Source: an uncultured delta proteobacterium (lineage in GTDB: Bacteria > Desulfobacterota > Desulfobacteria > Desulfobacterales > JAHEIW01). From it: a DNA stretch of 64,000 nt. This document shows, piece by piece, positions 1-12,200 of the stretch; position 1 is the first letter of the stretch; each line of letters begins with the position of its first letter. The DNA is taken from positions 32,001 through 96,000 of the forward strand of contig CAVPNL010000008.1 in assembly GCA_963706575.1 (NCBI GenBank), in the 5' to 3' direction. The notes under the pieces are model-generated. The model searched no databases. It saw nothing but the letters and a program-made list of their open reading frames with translations, and was not told where the DNA came from. The position numbers and the translations under genes were made by a program.

Positions 1-3000
1 TCCCAGACCGCAGATGCGGGGGCCGGAAGTCTTTCCTGGTCGCACACGGTGGGCGCCGGCAGCGAGCGTCTGCTGGTGGTGGGGGTGTCGATCCGCAACA
101 ACACCGGCCAGACGGTCTCAAGTGTGACTTACAACAGTATCGGCCTGACATATTTAAACTCTCAGAGCAACGGCACCAATGCCCGGGTGGAGATGTGGTA
201 TCTAAAGGAGTCCAATTTTCCGGGAACCCCGGGCGCCTACACTGTGGAAGTAACGTTGTCGGCCAGCGCCCGGTGTCGTGGCAGCGGCCACCTCCTTTTT
301 CAACGTGGATCAGACCACCCCCTTTGGCACCTTTGCCTCCAATACCGGGACCAGCAATCCTTTTCCAAATCCAGGCGTGACGGTCACCAATGCATCCGGG
401 AGGTAGTTGTGGCGGTTTTTGCCAAAACCCATTCTTACGGTGCGACCAAAGGCGTTTCGAACCATCAGGTCGAGCGCTGGAACCAGGCTACCGCTGACGC
501 CACCGCGGCCAACAACATCATGGGTGCAGGGGCACTGGCGACCGGATCCGGGCCGAGCGTTGGCGTCTCCTGGCAGTTGGACGATTCTACCACCCAGTAC
601 TGGGCAATCGGTGGTGTGGCAATCAAGCCCACCTCGAATGCACCGCCGCAGATCACCACCTTAACTGATTTTCCGCTGCTTTACAGCGTGACCGATACGG
701 ATTTGAGAGACAATGTCACCAGCGCCAACGGCTGGGACATTATCTTTCGCGCTTTAGATGACACAACCTGCGGCGGCGCCGGTTTGGCTCCGTGCACCCT
801 GGATCATGAAATCGAAAAATACGATTCAGGCACCGGACAAGCTGGTGGCCTGGGTCAGACTGCCTTCGGTCAACGGGGCGGCAGCCGGTTCAGATACGGT
901 CATCTATATCTATTATGGCAACAGCTGCATCACCGCTTCGCCGGAAAACAAAAACGGCGTGTGGGACTCTGATTTTATGGAAGTGTGGCACCTGGGCGAA
1001 AGTTCGGGTGCACCGGGTGACTCAACGTCAAACAATTACACGGGCACGATCGAAACGCCGGGCAACGTCACCCAGGATGCCACGGGCAAAAACACGCCCG
1101 CCTATCATTTTGCCGGCGGCTCAGGCACACCCTCATGGCTGACGCTTGACCGACGGAACCATGACCGCCAATGCCCCTTACGCTATCGAGGGCTGGTTTT
1201 ACATCGACACCACCGTGCCCACCTGGTGGGTGGGGTTTGTGACCAAGGACCGCGACACCGCCAATCCGGAGGCCACCGCCAACTGGGGAGGGCTTTGGAC
1301 CGACAGCACTGAAGCTGATTTCTTTTGGCAGCATCTACAACAAGGGCAACAATCTTGACGGCTCAACGCTTGTCGGCCGGCCAGTGGTATCATGGCGTGG
1401 CGGTCTTTGACGGCGGGCTTGCGAACCCTTTATTTGAACGGGCAACGGGATCCGGCTGCGCTGGTATCTTCTCCGACGGTCTATCTTGCCGACATGACCA
1501 TGCCTCTGCGGGTCAACCAGGACGATAGCGACGACGACAGCATGACCGGCGTGTATGATGAGGTGCGCGTCTCCACCACAGCGCGCTCACCGGGCTGGAT
1601 TTTAAGTACCTACAACAACATGAACGACCCGGGCGACATTGGCAGCCCCGGATTTTATATCTGTGGGTTCAGAGGAGGCCGATCCGCCCACGGCAATATC
1701 GTTGATCTCCTTTACCGCCAAAGGCGCAGGCGCAGCGGTGCAGGTCAACTGGCAAACGGCCCAGGAAGTGTCCAACGTGGGCTTTAACCTGTACCGGGCA
1801 GACAGCGCCGCCGGCCGTTTGTACAAGATCAACGCCAGCCTGATCCCGGCGCTGAGCTTTTCAGCTACGGGCCGAAGCTACGGCTTTGTCGACAGCAACG
1901 TGGTGTTAGGCAACCTTTATTATTACAAGCTTGAAGACATCGATGTGTACGGCAAGCGCACCTTGCACGGGCCCATCTGCGTGGACTGGGACGGCGACGG
2001 TCTGCCCGATGACTGGGAGATCAGATACGGGCTTAACCCGTGGGCAAACGATGCCAATCTCGATTCTGACGGTGATGGGCTGACCAACCTGCAAGAATAT
2101 GAGCTGGGCACAGACCCGTTTAACCCCGATACCGACGGCGATGGGATCTTAGATGGTGATGAAAGCCGCAAAGTGAGAACGCCAAGACAGCGATGGCACC
2201 CGCCAGCTTAGCCGCGGGGTGGAGGTTGTGGCCGAAGATGAATATGGCATTACCCTTGAGCTTTACACCGACACCTTTTTTACCGAAAGCGTTTATGCGG
2301 ACGGCATGGAATATGAGCGGCTTACGATCGACGATTACGTGCACGGTTACACCAGCGAGGTGGGCAAACCCGAGCTGCCGTTAAAAGGCATCCTGGTTAA
2401 TATCCCCGAAGGCCAGATCGGTGCGCTTTCCATTTTACGACCACAGTTGAGACCTATAGCGGTTATCAGATCTTTCCGGTACCGGCAAACAGCGTCGATG
2501 ATCAGGAGGGCGGCCGCGGCTGTGGCAGAAAGCTTTGTCATCGATGAAGCCGCCTATCAGCAAGATGCCTTTTACCCGCAAGCAGTCGCGCAATTAGGGG
2601 ATCTGTTTGCCTTCCGCGATCAAAACAAACAGCAGCTGCTGTTTTACCCGTTTGCCTTTAACCCGGTCACCGGCGAGCTTAACCATTACAAACGCATTCA
2701 GGTACGAATTGACTATGTCGATGATCTGTATGCCAGAGTTGAAGATCACAGCTGTTAGCCCCTGGACGGTGCCGCTGCCCGCACCATCTTCAGGCGACTT
2801 ATCCGAGCAGCTGGCATCGATGGGCACTATGGCCATGGCCTTTGGGGCATCGCCTTTGATCGTAAACCCGCTGTCGCCGGCGCTCACATCTTTGGGTGTG
2901 ATCATGGGCGCGGTGTGGTCACCGCCGGCTGATGGAGCTGCCAGCGCCTATAAGATTATGGTCGCTGAAGATGGCCTCTATCGGCTTGACAGTGCCTTTT

Positions 3001-5556
3001 TTACCAACAACGGCATTGATCCCGCCGACATCGATTTAGATACCGTGCGCATCTATCATATGGGTGAAGAAGTCGCTGTTTTGGTCAACGATGCCGACAG
3101 CCCCGGTGCCTTTGATGCCAATGATTATATCGAGTTTTACGGGCAACCGGTAGCGGATCAATATAACAAATACGCGGCCCAAAACATCTACTGGCTGGTG
3201 ACCGGTGGCGGCATTGGATCCCCCAAACGCATGGTTGCAGTCGACGGTACCCCGGCTGCCGGGCCTGTGGCTACCGAGCACAGCGCTTCTGTGCGCTTAG
3301 AAGACGATGAATACTATGTGGGGCTTGGCCCCGGGCACAAACGAGCGCGACCGCTGGTTTTTTGATGACTTTGTGCTGGGCACCGACTTTACCGGCGGGC
3401 CGACTCCGGTGCAGGTGCCCTTTGACCTCACCTTGCCGGGCGTTATCGGCTCCGGGTAATCTTACCATCTCATTGTGGGGCTATTATGACACCGGCCATG
3501 AGGTGGAAGTGTGGGTAAATGATGTGTCTCAGGGCACCTTTTAGCTGGAGCGGCGTTGCCTTTTATGAGGTGAACTTAAGCGGGCTTAATTTAACCGAAA
3601 ACACCACCGTCAAACTTGCCTGTAACACCGCCATGGACGGGTTGATCGTCGACTATATTGAGGCTACTTATCCGCAAAGCTTTGCCGCGGTCACTGACAC
3701 ACTCAACATTTAGCCACGACAGCGGCTACCGCTATATCATCGATGATTTTAGCACCGATGCGCTGCGTGTTTTTGACATCACCGACCCGGTTGATGTGGC
3801 TCAAGTGACCAACCTGCAAATTAGCGGCGCAGGTACTTTTAGCCTTGAGTTTGAACCCCCGCCCAGCGGGCTGACTGACCGCTTTGTTGTCATCGGCTCC
3901 AATGATTATAAGATCCCCGACGCCATTATCGAAGATGTACCCTCTGATCTGGCAGACACCGCCAACAGCGCCGATTACATCTTGATTACCCATCCGGATA
4001 TCGGCTGGGACGGCGGCGGTGCACAACAGGGCTGGTTAACCGATCTGGTTGCCCTGCGTGAAGATGGTGATCTTGAAGTCAAGGTGGTCGAATGTCACCG
4101 ACATCTATGATGAGTTTAGCTACGGCATCACCCACCCCGGTGGCGATCCGTGACTTTTCTGTCCTATGCCTATGAGCAACTGGCGCACGCCGGCACCCCA
4201 GTATGTGCTGTTGGTGGGTGACAGCACCTATGATTTTAAGGACAACTACAACCGGGGCACCGTAAACCATGTGCCCGCATATACGGTGTTTACCGATTAT
4301 ATGGGTGAGACCGTCACAGACGAATACTTTGTCACCATCAGCGGCGATGATGCGCTGGTCGATATGTACATCGGGCGGCTTCCGGCCCAAAGCGCAGCTG
4401 AAGCCGCAGCGATGGCTAAATAAGATCATTGCCTATGAAACCGGGCTAAACAACGGCAGCTGGGAGAAAAACATGGTGCTGGTCGCCGATGATCAGACCG
4501 AGGCCTATGAGGCGGTCTTTGAGACCATCAACGAGGATGCCGCCGCGCTGCTGCCGGCTAAGATGGTGGCCTTAAAGGGCTATTTAAACGATTATCTGCT
4601 CTCTGGTGATTTAAGCACCGACATCACCAACTGGATCAATGACGGGGCGTTAATTGTCAATTACAGCGGCCATGCCTCATTGCAGCAGTGGGCGGCAGAG
4701 GCGGTTTTTGTCAATGCCGATGCGGGCACTTTAACCAACAGCGGCAAATATCCGTTTGTGATCTCCATGAGCTGTTTGACCGGCTACTTCGGGTACCTGG
4801 ATGCCGTCGACGGCCCGGAGCCCTCGCTGGCCGAAGCGCTGCTTGCAGCCTGCCGACAAAGGGGCCGTCGCAGCGCTGATGCCAACGGGCATGACCACCA
4901 CCGCCGGTCAGCACATATTCAACAACGCGGTCTTTGAGGCTTTTTTTGTAAACGATATCAGACAAGTTGGGACCTGCGATCGCTTCAGCCAAACAAACCC
5001 TTTTAGCCAACGGCGATGCCTATTTTGAGCAGATCAGCGCAGACCTTTTTGCTCTTTGGCGATCCGGCGCAAACCTTAAAGATCCCGCTGCCGCAGAATG
5101 CCCAGCGGGGTAAAGGCCTATTGGGAAAACAACTCCGTGCGCATTCACTGGAATGCGGCCTTGGACAGCAACGGCAACGCGGTGGCCGGCTACAATATCT
5201 ATCGCGCAAGCTCCCCGGCAGGCCCCTACAGCAGGGTCAACACCGGGCTTGTCACCGGCACCGAGTTTGTCGACGCTGACGGGGCGGTGGGCATTGATGA
5301 GGGCGAAGGAAGCGGAAGTAGCTACTACGGGGTCACAGCGGTTGACAGCTTCGGTGATGAAAGTGCCCAGTCTTTAGGCATCAGCCCGGCTTCGGTTGCT
5401 TCAGCGGCACAGGCGCCGGTGGCAGCTTGTTTTGTCGGGTCTGTCAGTCAGTCTATGCCCAAACAGGGGATCTGGTTTGTCGTGCTGCTGGCCATAGCGG
5501 TGGTTATTGCCATCAGGCGCACGGTGCACGGCAAAAGAAGAAGGACTGAGGGCTGA
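1..5556 (+). CDS. Giant surface protein 1 (5' partial): SWSHT-type domain nested in DUF2341, LamG, then the C25 peptidase cassette and Cys-TM-basic tail
   Basis: ORF fragments 49-972, 758-1312, 1639-2211, 2219-2758, 2607-3365, 3658-4110, 4269-4937 and 5098-5556 join across single-base frameshifts into a product colinear with 58150-59790 (gene 4) and with the other cassette copies. Catalytic motifs are NYSGHA (His codon 4671) and SMSCLTG (Cys codon 4773). Stop is TGA at 5554-5556. Confidence 0.85.
1687..5556 (+). repeat. Conserved C-terminal cassette, copy 1 (PTA domain, DxDxDG repeats, C25 propeptide-like region, PorU/gingipain-like peptidase, FN3-like, CFV-TM tail)
   Basis: DNA is near-identical to 23634-27497, 40292-44142 and 61573-64000, for example 'caggtcaactggcaaac...gtgggctttaacctgtaccgggcagacag' and 'gactgggacggcgacgg'. 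Confidence 0.95.
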
Positions 5557-5573
5557 GTGCTGAGGACTGAGGA
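5546..5573 (+). repeat. Heptamer tandem repeat (CTGAGGR-like x4) across the gene 1 stop codon
   Basis: ctgaggg ctgagtg ctgagga ctgagga. Confidence 0.7.
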
Positions 5574-5878
5574 TCAAGGGAGTGATCCTGCGGACCTTGA
5601 TGAGCGCCTCGTTTGATGAGCGGTTCTTCGCACCTTGAGGTAGAATCCCTGAGCCCTGCTTGCGTGTCACGCCGAAGCTTTAACGAAGGGGGATGGGGTC
5701 GTCTTGTGGGGTCGAAGCCCGAAGGGTGAAGCCCCAAGCGCGGGGGCGCGAAGCCCCAAGCTTTGCGCCTTGGGCCTTCTGTATCCATTAAAATATTTTA
5801 AGAACCATTAAAGATTTTAATAGTTTCAGCAATAAAACTATAGAACAATAACAACCCTTCCTAACATAACTAAACCCC

Positions 5879-5905
5879 TCATTTTTTTCTGCAAAATACC
5901 GATAA
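5879..5905 (+). promoter_or_regulatory. sigma28/FliA-like motif upstream of gene 2
   Basis: TCAT-N15-ACCGATAA. Confidence 0.4.
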
Positions 5906-6099
5906 TCGTTATAGGCAAGTGAGTTTTTCAAGATGAAATTCTTCAATCTTTTAACATTATGAAATCATAACAAAAAATTGAGATACATTTTTCCAATTCG
6001 GATGGTTTCGGATGGGCAAATTGTGTCTTTTTGCACAACAATTTAGTTTGAATCTCATTGGATATTCAATCATTGCAGACTTGATTTGCCAGATTCTAA

Positions 6100-6115
6100 C
6101 GGCACAAATTTTGCA
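6100..6115 (+). promoter_or_regulatory. sigma54 (RpoN) -24/-12 promoter of gene 2
   Basis: CGGCACAAATTTTGCA has exact GG-N10-GC spacing, ~110 bp upstream of the start. Confidence 0.75.
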
Positions 6116-6222
6116 GATAAAACATTGAAATTTAATAAGAATTTTAAAAACTGCCGCCATGAGAGATCTGGCGAATAGGAATATTTGAAACACGGGAATA
6201 AGCAACCGGGGATTTTTGCCTG

Positions 6223-9200
6223 TTGATTTTAAACAATAAAATATGTCGGAGAGGGAATACGCGCCATTGTACCACCAGCGTGGGGTGGATCACCGCATCA
6301 CTGATTGCGGTGATGGTCGTTTTCGCCTCGAGCCCTGCTAACGCCGCGATCGGAGCTTCACTCGTAACCTCTATCGCTGACGGTACAGATACTTCCTCCT
6401 ATGACTTTCCTTCGGCCACTTACTCCAACAACGTTCTTTACATCGCCTTTACTTCCACTGCCTGCGGCAGCGGACAGAATTGCGGTCTTGGTGTAGACAT
6501 CGTCGCTGCAGTAGAGAGTGTCAGCGGGGCGGGATTGAATTTCACTGAGATCGGGACACCTGGCGGGGAGGTTTTCAGCACAAACGGTCGGCGCATCCAG
6601 GCCTGGCGGGCATTGGTCGCCAGCGGGGCCGGCACAGGGGCTGTCACGGTTACCATGCAAACCGGAACTATCTCTGCTTCAATGGGTGCGGCGATGATTG
6701 AGTTCACGGGCACTAAGACCAGCGGCACGAACGGCGCTGACGCTGTTGTGCAATGGCCCACGAACAGCGCCAGTGGAGTTAGCTCGCTTACCGTCAATAT
6801 GGCGGCTTTCGCCGATTCTAACAACAGGCCGGTCGCCTTCTTTTCGCACAGAGCCCAATCAGGCAGCGAGGCAACGACCCACGACACTGCGGAAGGATAC
6901 ACGGAACTGTATGACGGGCCTCATGACAGTGTTATGATGGCTGACATGGCCGAGTGGCATGCCACAGCGGCAAACACCACTCCCTCAGCTTCATGGACTA
7001 GCTCGGGTTCCACTGGCGGGTTTGCCCTGGAAATAGCAGAAGCAGGCGCTCCGGCGGCTGCCACCCTCACCCAGGCCCATGTTCGCTGGCGCAATGACGA
7101 TGGCGGGGAGTCGGGTGGTGGCTCGTGCGTTGCCGGGCCGACGGAGTATTCAACAGCTCAAGATTCAACGACGTACGTCGTTCCTACAGGGTGTGATGTG
7201 ATTACGGTAAAAGCCTGGGGTGCCGGCGGTGGCGGCGGAGAGTCGACCGGCAGCAATACCGGCGGATCCGGCGGTGGCAGCGGGTTTGCACAGACTGACC
7301 TATCGGTGACCCCCGGTGAAAATCTCACGGTCATTGTCGGCGGCGGCGGGCCCGGTGGAAGCAATGCCGGTGGTGACGGCGGTGGCGGCAACGGTGTTAC
7401 TGCTGCCGGTGGCGGTACCGGTGGCGATGCGGGAGATCCCGGTAGCGGCGATTCCGGCGGTGGTGGTGGCGGCGGAGGTTATGCAGCGGTCCTGCGCAGC
7501 GGCACCTATCTCGTGCAAGCCGGCGGCGGCGGCGGCGGCGGCGGCACCGGAAATAGCGCTGGGGATGGCGGCGCCGGGGGCGCTGGTGGTGGATCAAGCG
7601 GTCTTTCTGGCAGCACTGGTGGGGGCTCAGGTGGAGTCGGGGGTGGCGCGGGAACGGCCTCGGCCGGTGGCGCTGGCGGTGCCTTAAGCGGCTCCGCCGG
7701 CTCGGCAAACACCGGAGGCACAGGCGGCACCAATTCGGGTGACGATCCCGGCGGCGGCGGCGGTGGCGGCGCTGGACGTTACGGCGGCGGCGGCGGTGGC
7801 GCGGCTTCCCCTGAAACCGCCGGCGGCGGTGGCGGCGGTGGATCAGGTCTTGTCACCGGAACTAATACGTCACTGCAGCAAGGATCGGGTTCGACCGCGG
7901 CCAATACCGGCGATACAGACTACGCGGGCAATGCCGGGCAGGGGGGGGCTGCCGGAACAGATGGCAATCCCGGTCGAATTGTTATCATACCCAGCAGTTC
8001 CGGTGGTGGTGGCAGTATCAGTGAAACAGGAAGTGCAACAAATATAGGATCTAGTAGCGCTGCTTCAATTACACACGGCCTGACCATAAATGCCGATGAT
8101 GTGATCGTTGCCATGATTCATGTAAATACAGATAGCACTGATGTTTCTGACAACAATGGTGCTTACGCGTTTACAGAGCAAATCGACGAACCAAATGGAG
8201 GGACTTCAAGTCATTATGCAATTTATTCCAGGGTAGCCGGCGCTTCAGAACCCGCCAGCTATTCATGGAACCTTGGTGGTTCTTGGGCTTGGTCTATACA
8301 AATCCGTGTATTCTCCGGGGTAGATACTGCTACTGTCTGGGACGTAGCACCTTCCACGTCTACCAGATCTTTTGCAGGTTCAGGCACCACTGCAACCGCC
8401 CCAACCATGACCACGTCAACTGACGGTGCAATGGGAATCATTGCCTTCTTCTCCGATAGTTTGGAAACTTTTAGCAATCCCACCAATGGCTATGCAACGG
8501 AGGTTGAACCTGCCAGCAGCAGGGCTCAGGCGAGTTATATTCGCACATGGGCATCTGCGGGGGTAACAGGAACATCGAGTGCCACCCTCTCTGCTTCAAA
8601 TGACTGGCTGGCACATCAATTTGCATTAAAACCCGCGTCGGGCAGTGGTGCCACCTGGGCAGCCGACGAAGACACCAAGCTGACGGGCCTGGCTAAAAGC
8701 ACCACCAGGCGGCTGCGCTTCCTGGTGGACAATTCCGGCACCGCAAGCTCCGGGGCCGTTTCTTATGAATTGCAGGTACAGGAGACAGACACCTGTGGCT
8801 CGGGATCCTATACGGCGGTGGACTCCTCGACTCACTGGAACATCGTGGATTCCACCTACGTGACCGACGGCGCTGCTTCGGAAAATGTCAGCGGCGGTCT
8901 GACGGATCCGGGCGGCTCGTCCTGGGTAGCCGGTGAACTGGAAGACAGCGCAGATTCTCCCGACCCGATCACTCTAGCTGCCAGCGAATTCACTGAAATC
9001 GAGTTTGCCGTGCAGGCAACTGCCAGCGCCACAGACGGCGGGGACTATTGCTTTAAGCTGACCGACAGCGGGACCGATCTGGACAGTTATTCAAATTATG
9101 CCGAGGTTGCCCTTTCAGGGGGCAGCGGAGCAACGCTCAACCAGGCCCACGTCCGTTGGCGCAACGACGATGGTGCGGAGAGCGGTGGTTCGACCACTGC

Positions 9201-12200
9201 CGTTTCGGATTCGTTTACCGAGTCAGCCAACACGGTTCTTACATCCCATTCCCCGGATACAGGAACCGGCTGGACGGAGGTTTATGACAGTTCCCCGAGT
9301 GGTGATGATGCCACAGTAGTGGCCACGGAAGACATCGTAAGAGCAGGTTCGAGTGTAAACGACGTTGGGCAGGCTTATACGGCCCAACCTGCGCCGGCGG
9401 GTGTCGATCAGGATATCAGCATTGCTATAGATACTTTAATATCCGATACCGGAACCAAGCCTTTTGGACTCTTTGGAAGGCGCACGGATAACAGCAATTT
9501 CTACCACGTTCAGATTCTTCCAAATGAGCACAGTGAAGCCAGCGTTAAGCTCTGGAAGTTTGTAAGCAGCGTGGATACCGAACTGGGGTCCTATGATGCT
9601 ACGCTGGCAGTTGGTGATATCATTAAGCTCGAAATCAGGGACGCCACCAAAAAAGTTTATATTAATGGTGTCGAGCGAATTAGTTCCTCGGACAATTCCC
9701 TTACCAATGCGGGCACCTGGGGTCTCTATTTTGGAAATTATAATGGTGCCGGAGCAGGAGGCCACCTGCGGGTTGACTGGCGACTGGATAACTTTCTGGC
9801 CGAAGACCCTGGAGGAGGCTCAGGCGCTACCTTTAGCATAGACGAAGATACGGCGCTGACGGGTCTGGATAAAAACACCAACACCCGGGTCCGTTTCCTG
9901 GTGTCGAATAGCGGCGGTACGACCGCCAGCAACACCAGCTACCAGCTCGAGTTTGCCGAAGCAGCCACCTGCAGCTCCGGCTCCTACAGCGCGGTGCCTG
10001 CCACCGCCGGCGCAGGTGATAAATGGCAGATTGTGGATTCAACTCATTATACCGACCCAACGGCCACGGCAGATATTACCGACGGGGTCGACGACGCGCT
10101 GCCCAACCCGGGCGGTATGAGCTTTGTGGCCGGTGAGCTGAGGGATGACAACAGCAACAGCACCGGGGGAATTACCCTGGATCCGAACGAGTTTAGCGAA
10201 ATCGAGTTTACCATTCAGGCGACCAATGACGCCCTGGACGGCACCCATTATTGCTTTAAACTGACCGAAAGCGGAACGGATCTGGATAGTTATTCATATT
10301 ATGCAGAGGTTACCCTTTCAGGGACTCCTCCCAATTCAGCTCCAACCTTAACCGTCGATGAACCCGACGGGGCTGGCGATACGGTAACCGTCGGTGACAA
10401 CTACAACATCCAGTATGACCTGGCCGATACCGATGATGTTGTCACCGTTGCATTTTTACTATGATACCGACAACAGCGGACTCGACGGCACCGCCATAAC
10501 CGGCGCCTGTGCAGGCTGCAGCCGAAGGCACCGATGTCACCTGCAGCTGGGATACCACCGGCGTGACGCCCGGCAACTATTACGTTTACGGCATCACCGA
10601 TGACGGAACCAATCCCGCAGGTGAGTGCTTACTCGTCGGGACAAATTACCATTAATGCTGCTTCGGCCGCCACCCTCGATCAGCTCCACTACCGCTGGCG
10701 CAATGATGATGCGGGGGAGTCTGTTATCCCCCTGGATACGGGATCCGGAGCCGATGGCTCTGTGACGATTTCAGCATCTGAAAATATCAATACGGCTGTC
10801 CTGGGTTCCAGTCGTTCGACTTATGCGGACGGAATCCTAACCACGGTTACGGCAAATCCGACCGCAACCTCCATTAGCGTTACCGATACGACCGGTTTTG
10901 CGGCCGGCGATGAGATTTTATTGATCAACCTCCAGGGTGCCTCGGGCGATGTGGCAGATGTCGGTAACTATGAATTCCTTACCGTCGATACCGTCCCCAA
11001 CGGCACGACGATCAATGTAACATCGACGATTACCAAATCATACGACGGAACGACTTTTGCCAACCAAAGCATTATTGTCCAAAGGGTACCTCAATGGACG
11101 TCGGTGACCATCAATTCCGGCGGGACATTAACAGCCAATGCCTGGGATGGGACCAGCGGCGGGGTCATTGTCTTCAGGGCCACGGGGTCCGTTACTGTCA
11201 ACACGGGCGGGAAGATTGACGCCACCGGCATAGGCTACAGGGGTGGTGCCGGCGGTACGAGTGACGGCGGAAACAACGGCGAGTCTTACGACGGTCAGAA
11301 TGGGAAAGGCGGTGCCGATGACTCACGGGGCACGCTGGGCGGAGGCTCAGGTGAGAACTACCCAACCCAAGATAACACTACCGGCACCCGCGGCGGTGGT
11401 GGCGGTGGTGGTGAAACCGGTAGTATAGGCCAGGGTGGCGCAGGCGGAGGTGGTGGCGGCTACGGCGGCGGCGGCGGCGGTGGCGGCGGAGGTACAGATA
11501 CAGACAACTATATTTCAGGCGGCGGTGGAGCCGGCGGAACCACCGGCGATAGCGCAGGCGGCGGCGGCCACGGTGAAAACAGTGGCACCTCCGGCGATGG
11601 AGGATCTGCCGGTAACCCGGGCAACGATGGAGGCGTAAGCGTGGCCGTGGGCGGCGGTTTGGCCGGTAGCGGTACAACCACCGGCCAGGGCGGTCATTCT
11701 GAGGACGCCTCAGATTCCCCGGGCGGTGGCGGCGGTGGCGGTGGGAGCTACGGTATTGCGAACCTAACTCAGATTTTTTGTGGCTCAGGCGGTGGCGGTG
11801 GCGGCGATTCCGGTGCGGTTACGGGAGACGGGGAAACCGGAGGCGCCGGCGGGGGCATCATTTTCATCATTGCCGACACGGTTGATAATAACGCGACTAT
11901 CCAATTGCAGGGCGCGGACGGGGTAGACGCTACGGACGGGGACGGCGCGAGCGGTGGCGGTGCCGGCGGCAGTCTCTTGATCCAGGCGAACACGGTTGAC
12001 AATACTGGCGGCACGATTACCGCTGCCGGAGGCACTGGTGGAGCTGTGGATACGAATGATGACGCCGGCGGTGGCGGCGGCGGCGGCGTCGGTCGCATCC
12101 GTATCGAAGCCGATACGATCATTGGCACCAGCACCCCGGCTGCATCAACGAGCGGCACTCCTACTTCGGGAAGTAGCGCAAGCTGGGCAGCCGACGAAGA

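Noticed and set aside
1985..2165. RTX/T1SS repeats
   Set aside because: The motifs are DxDxDG (thrombospondin type 3-like Ca-binding), not GGxGxDxLx. The proteins have Sec signal peptides and a TM tail.
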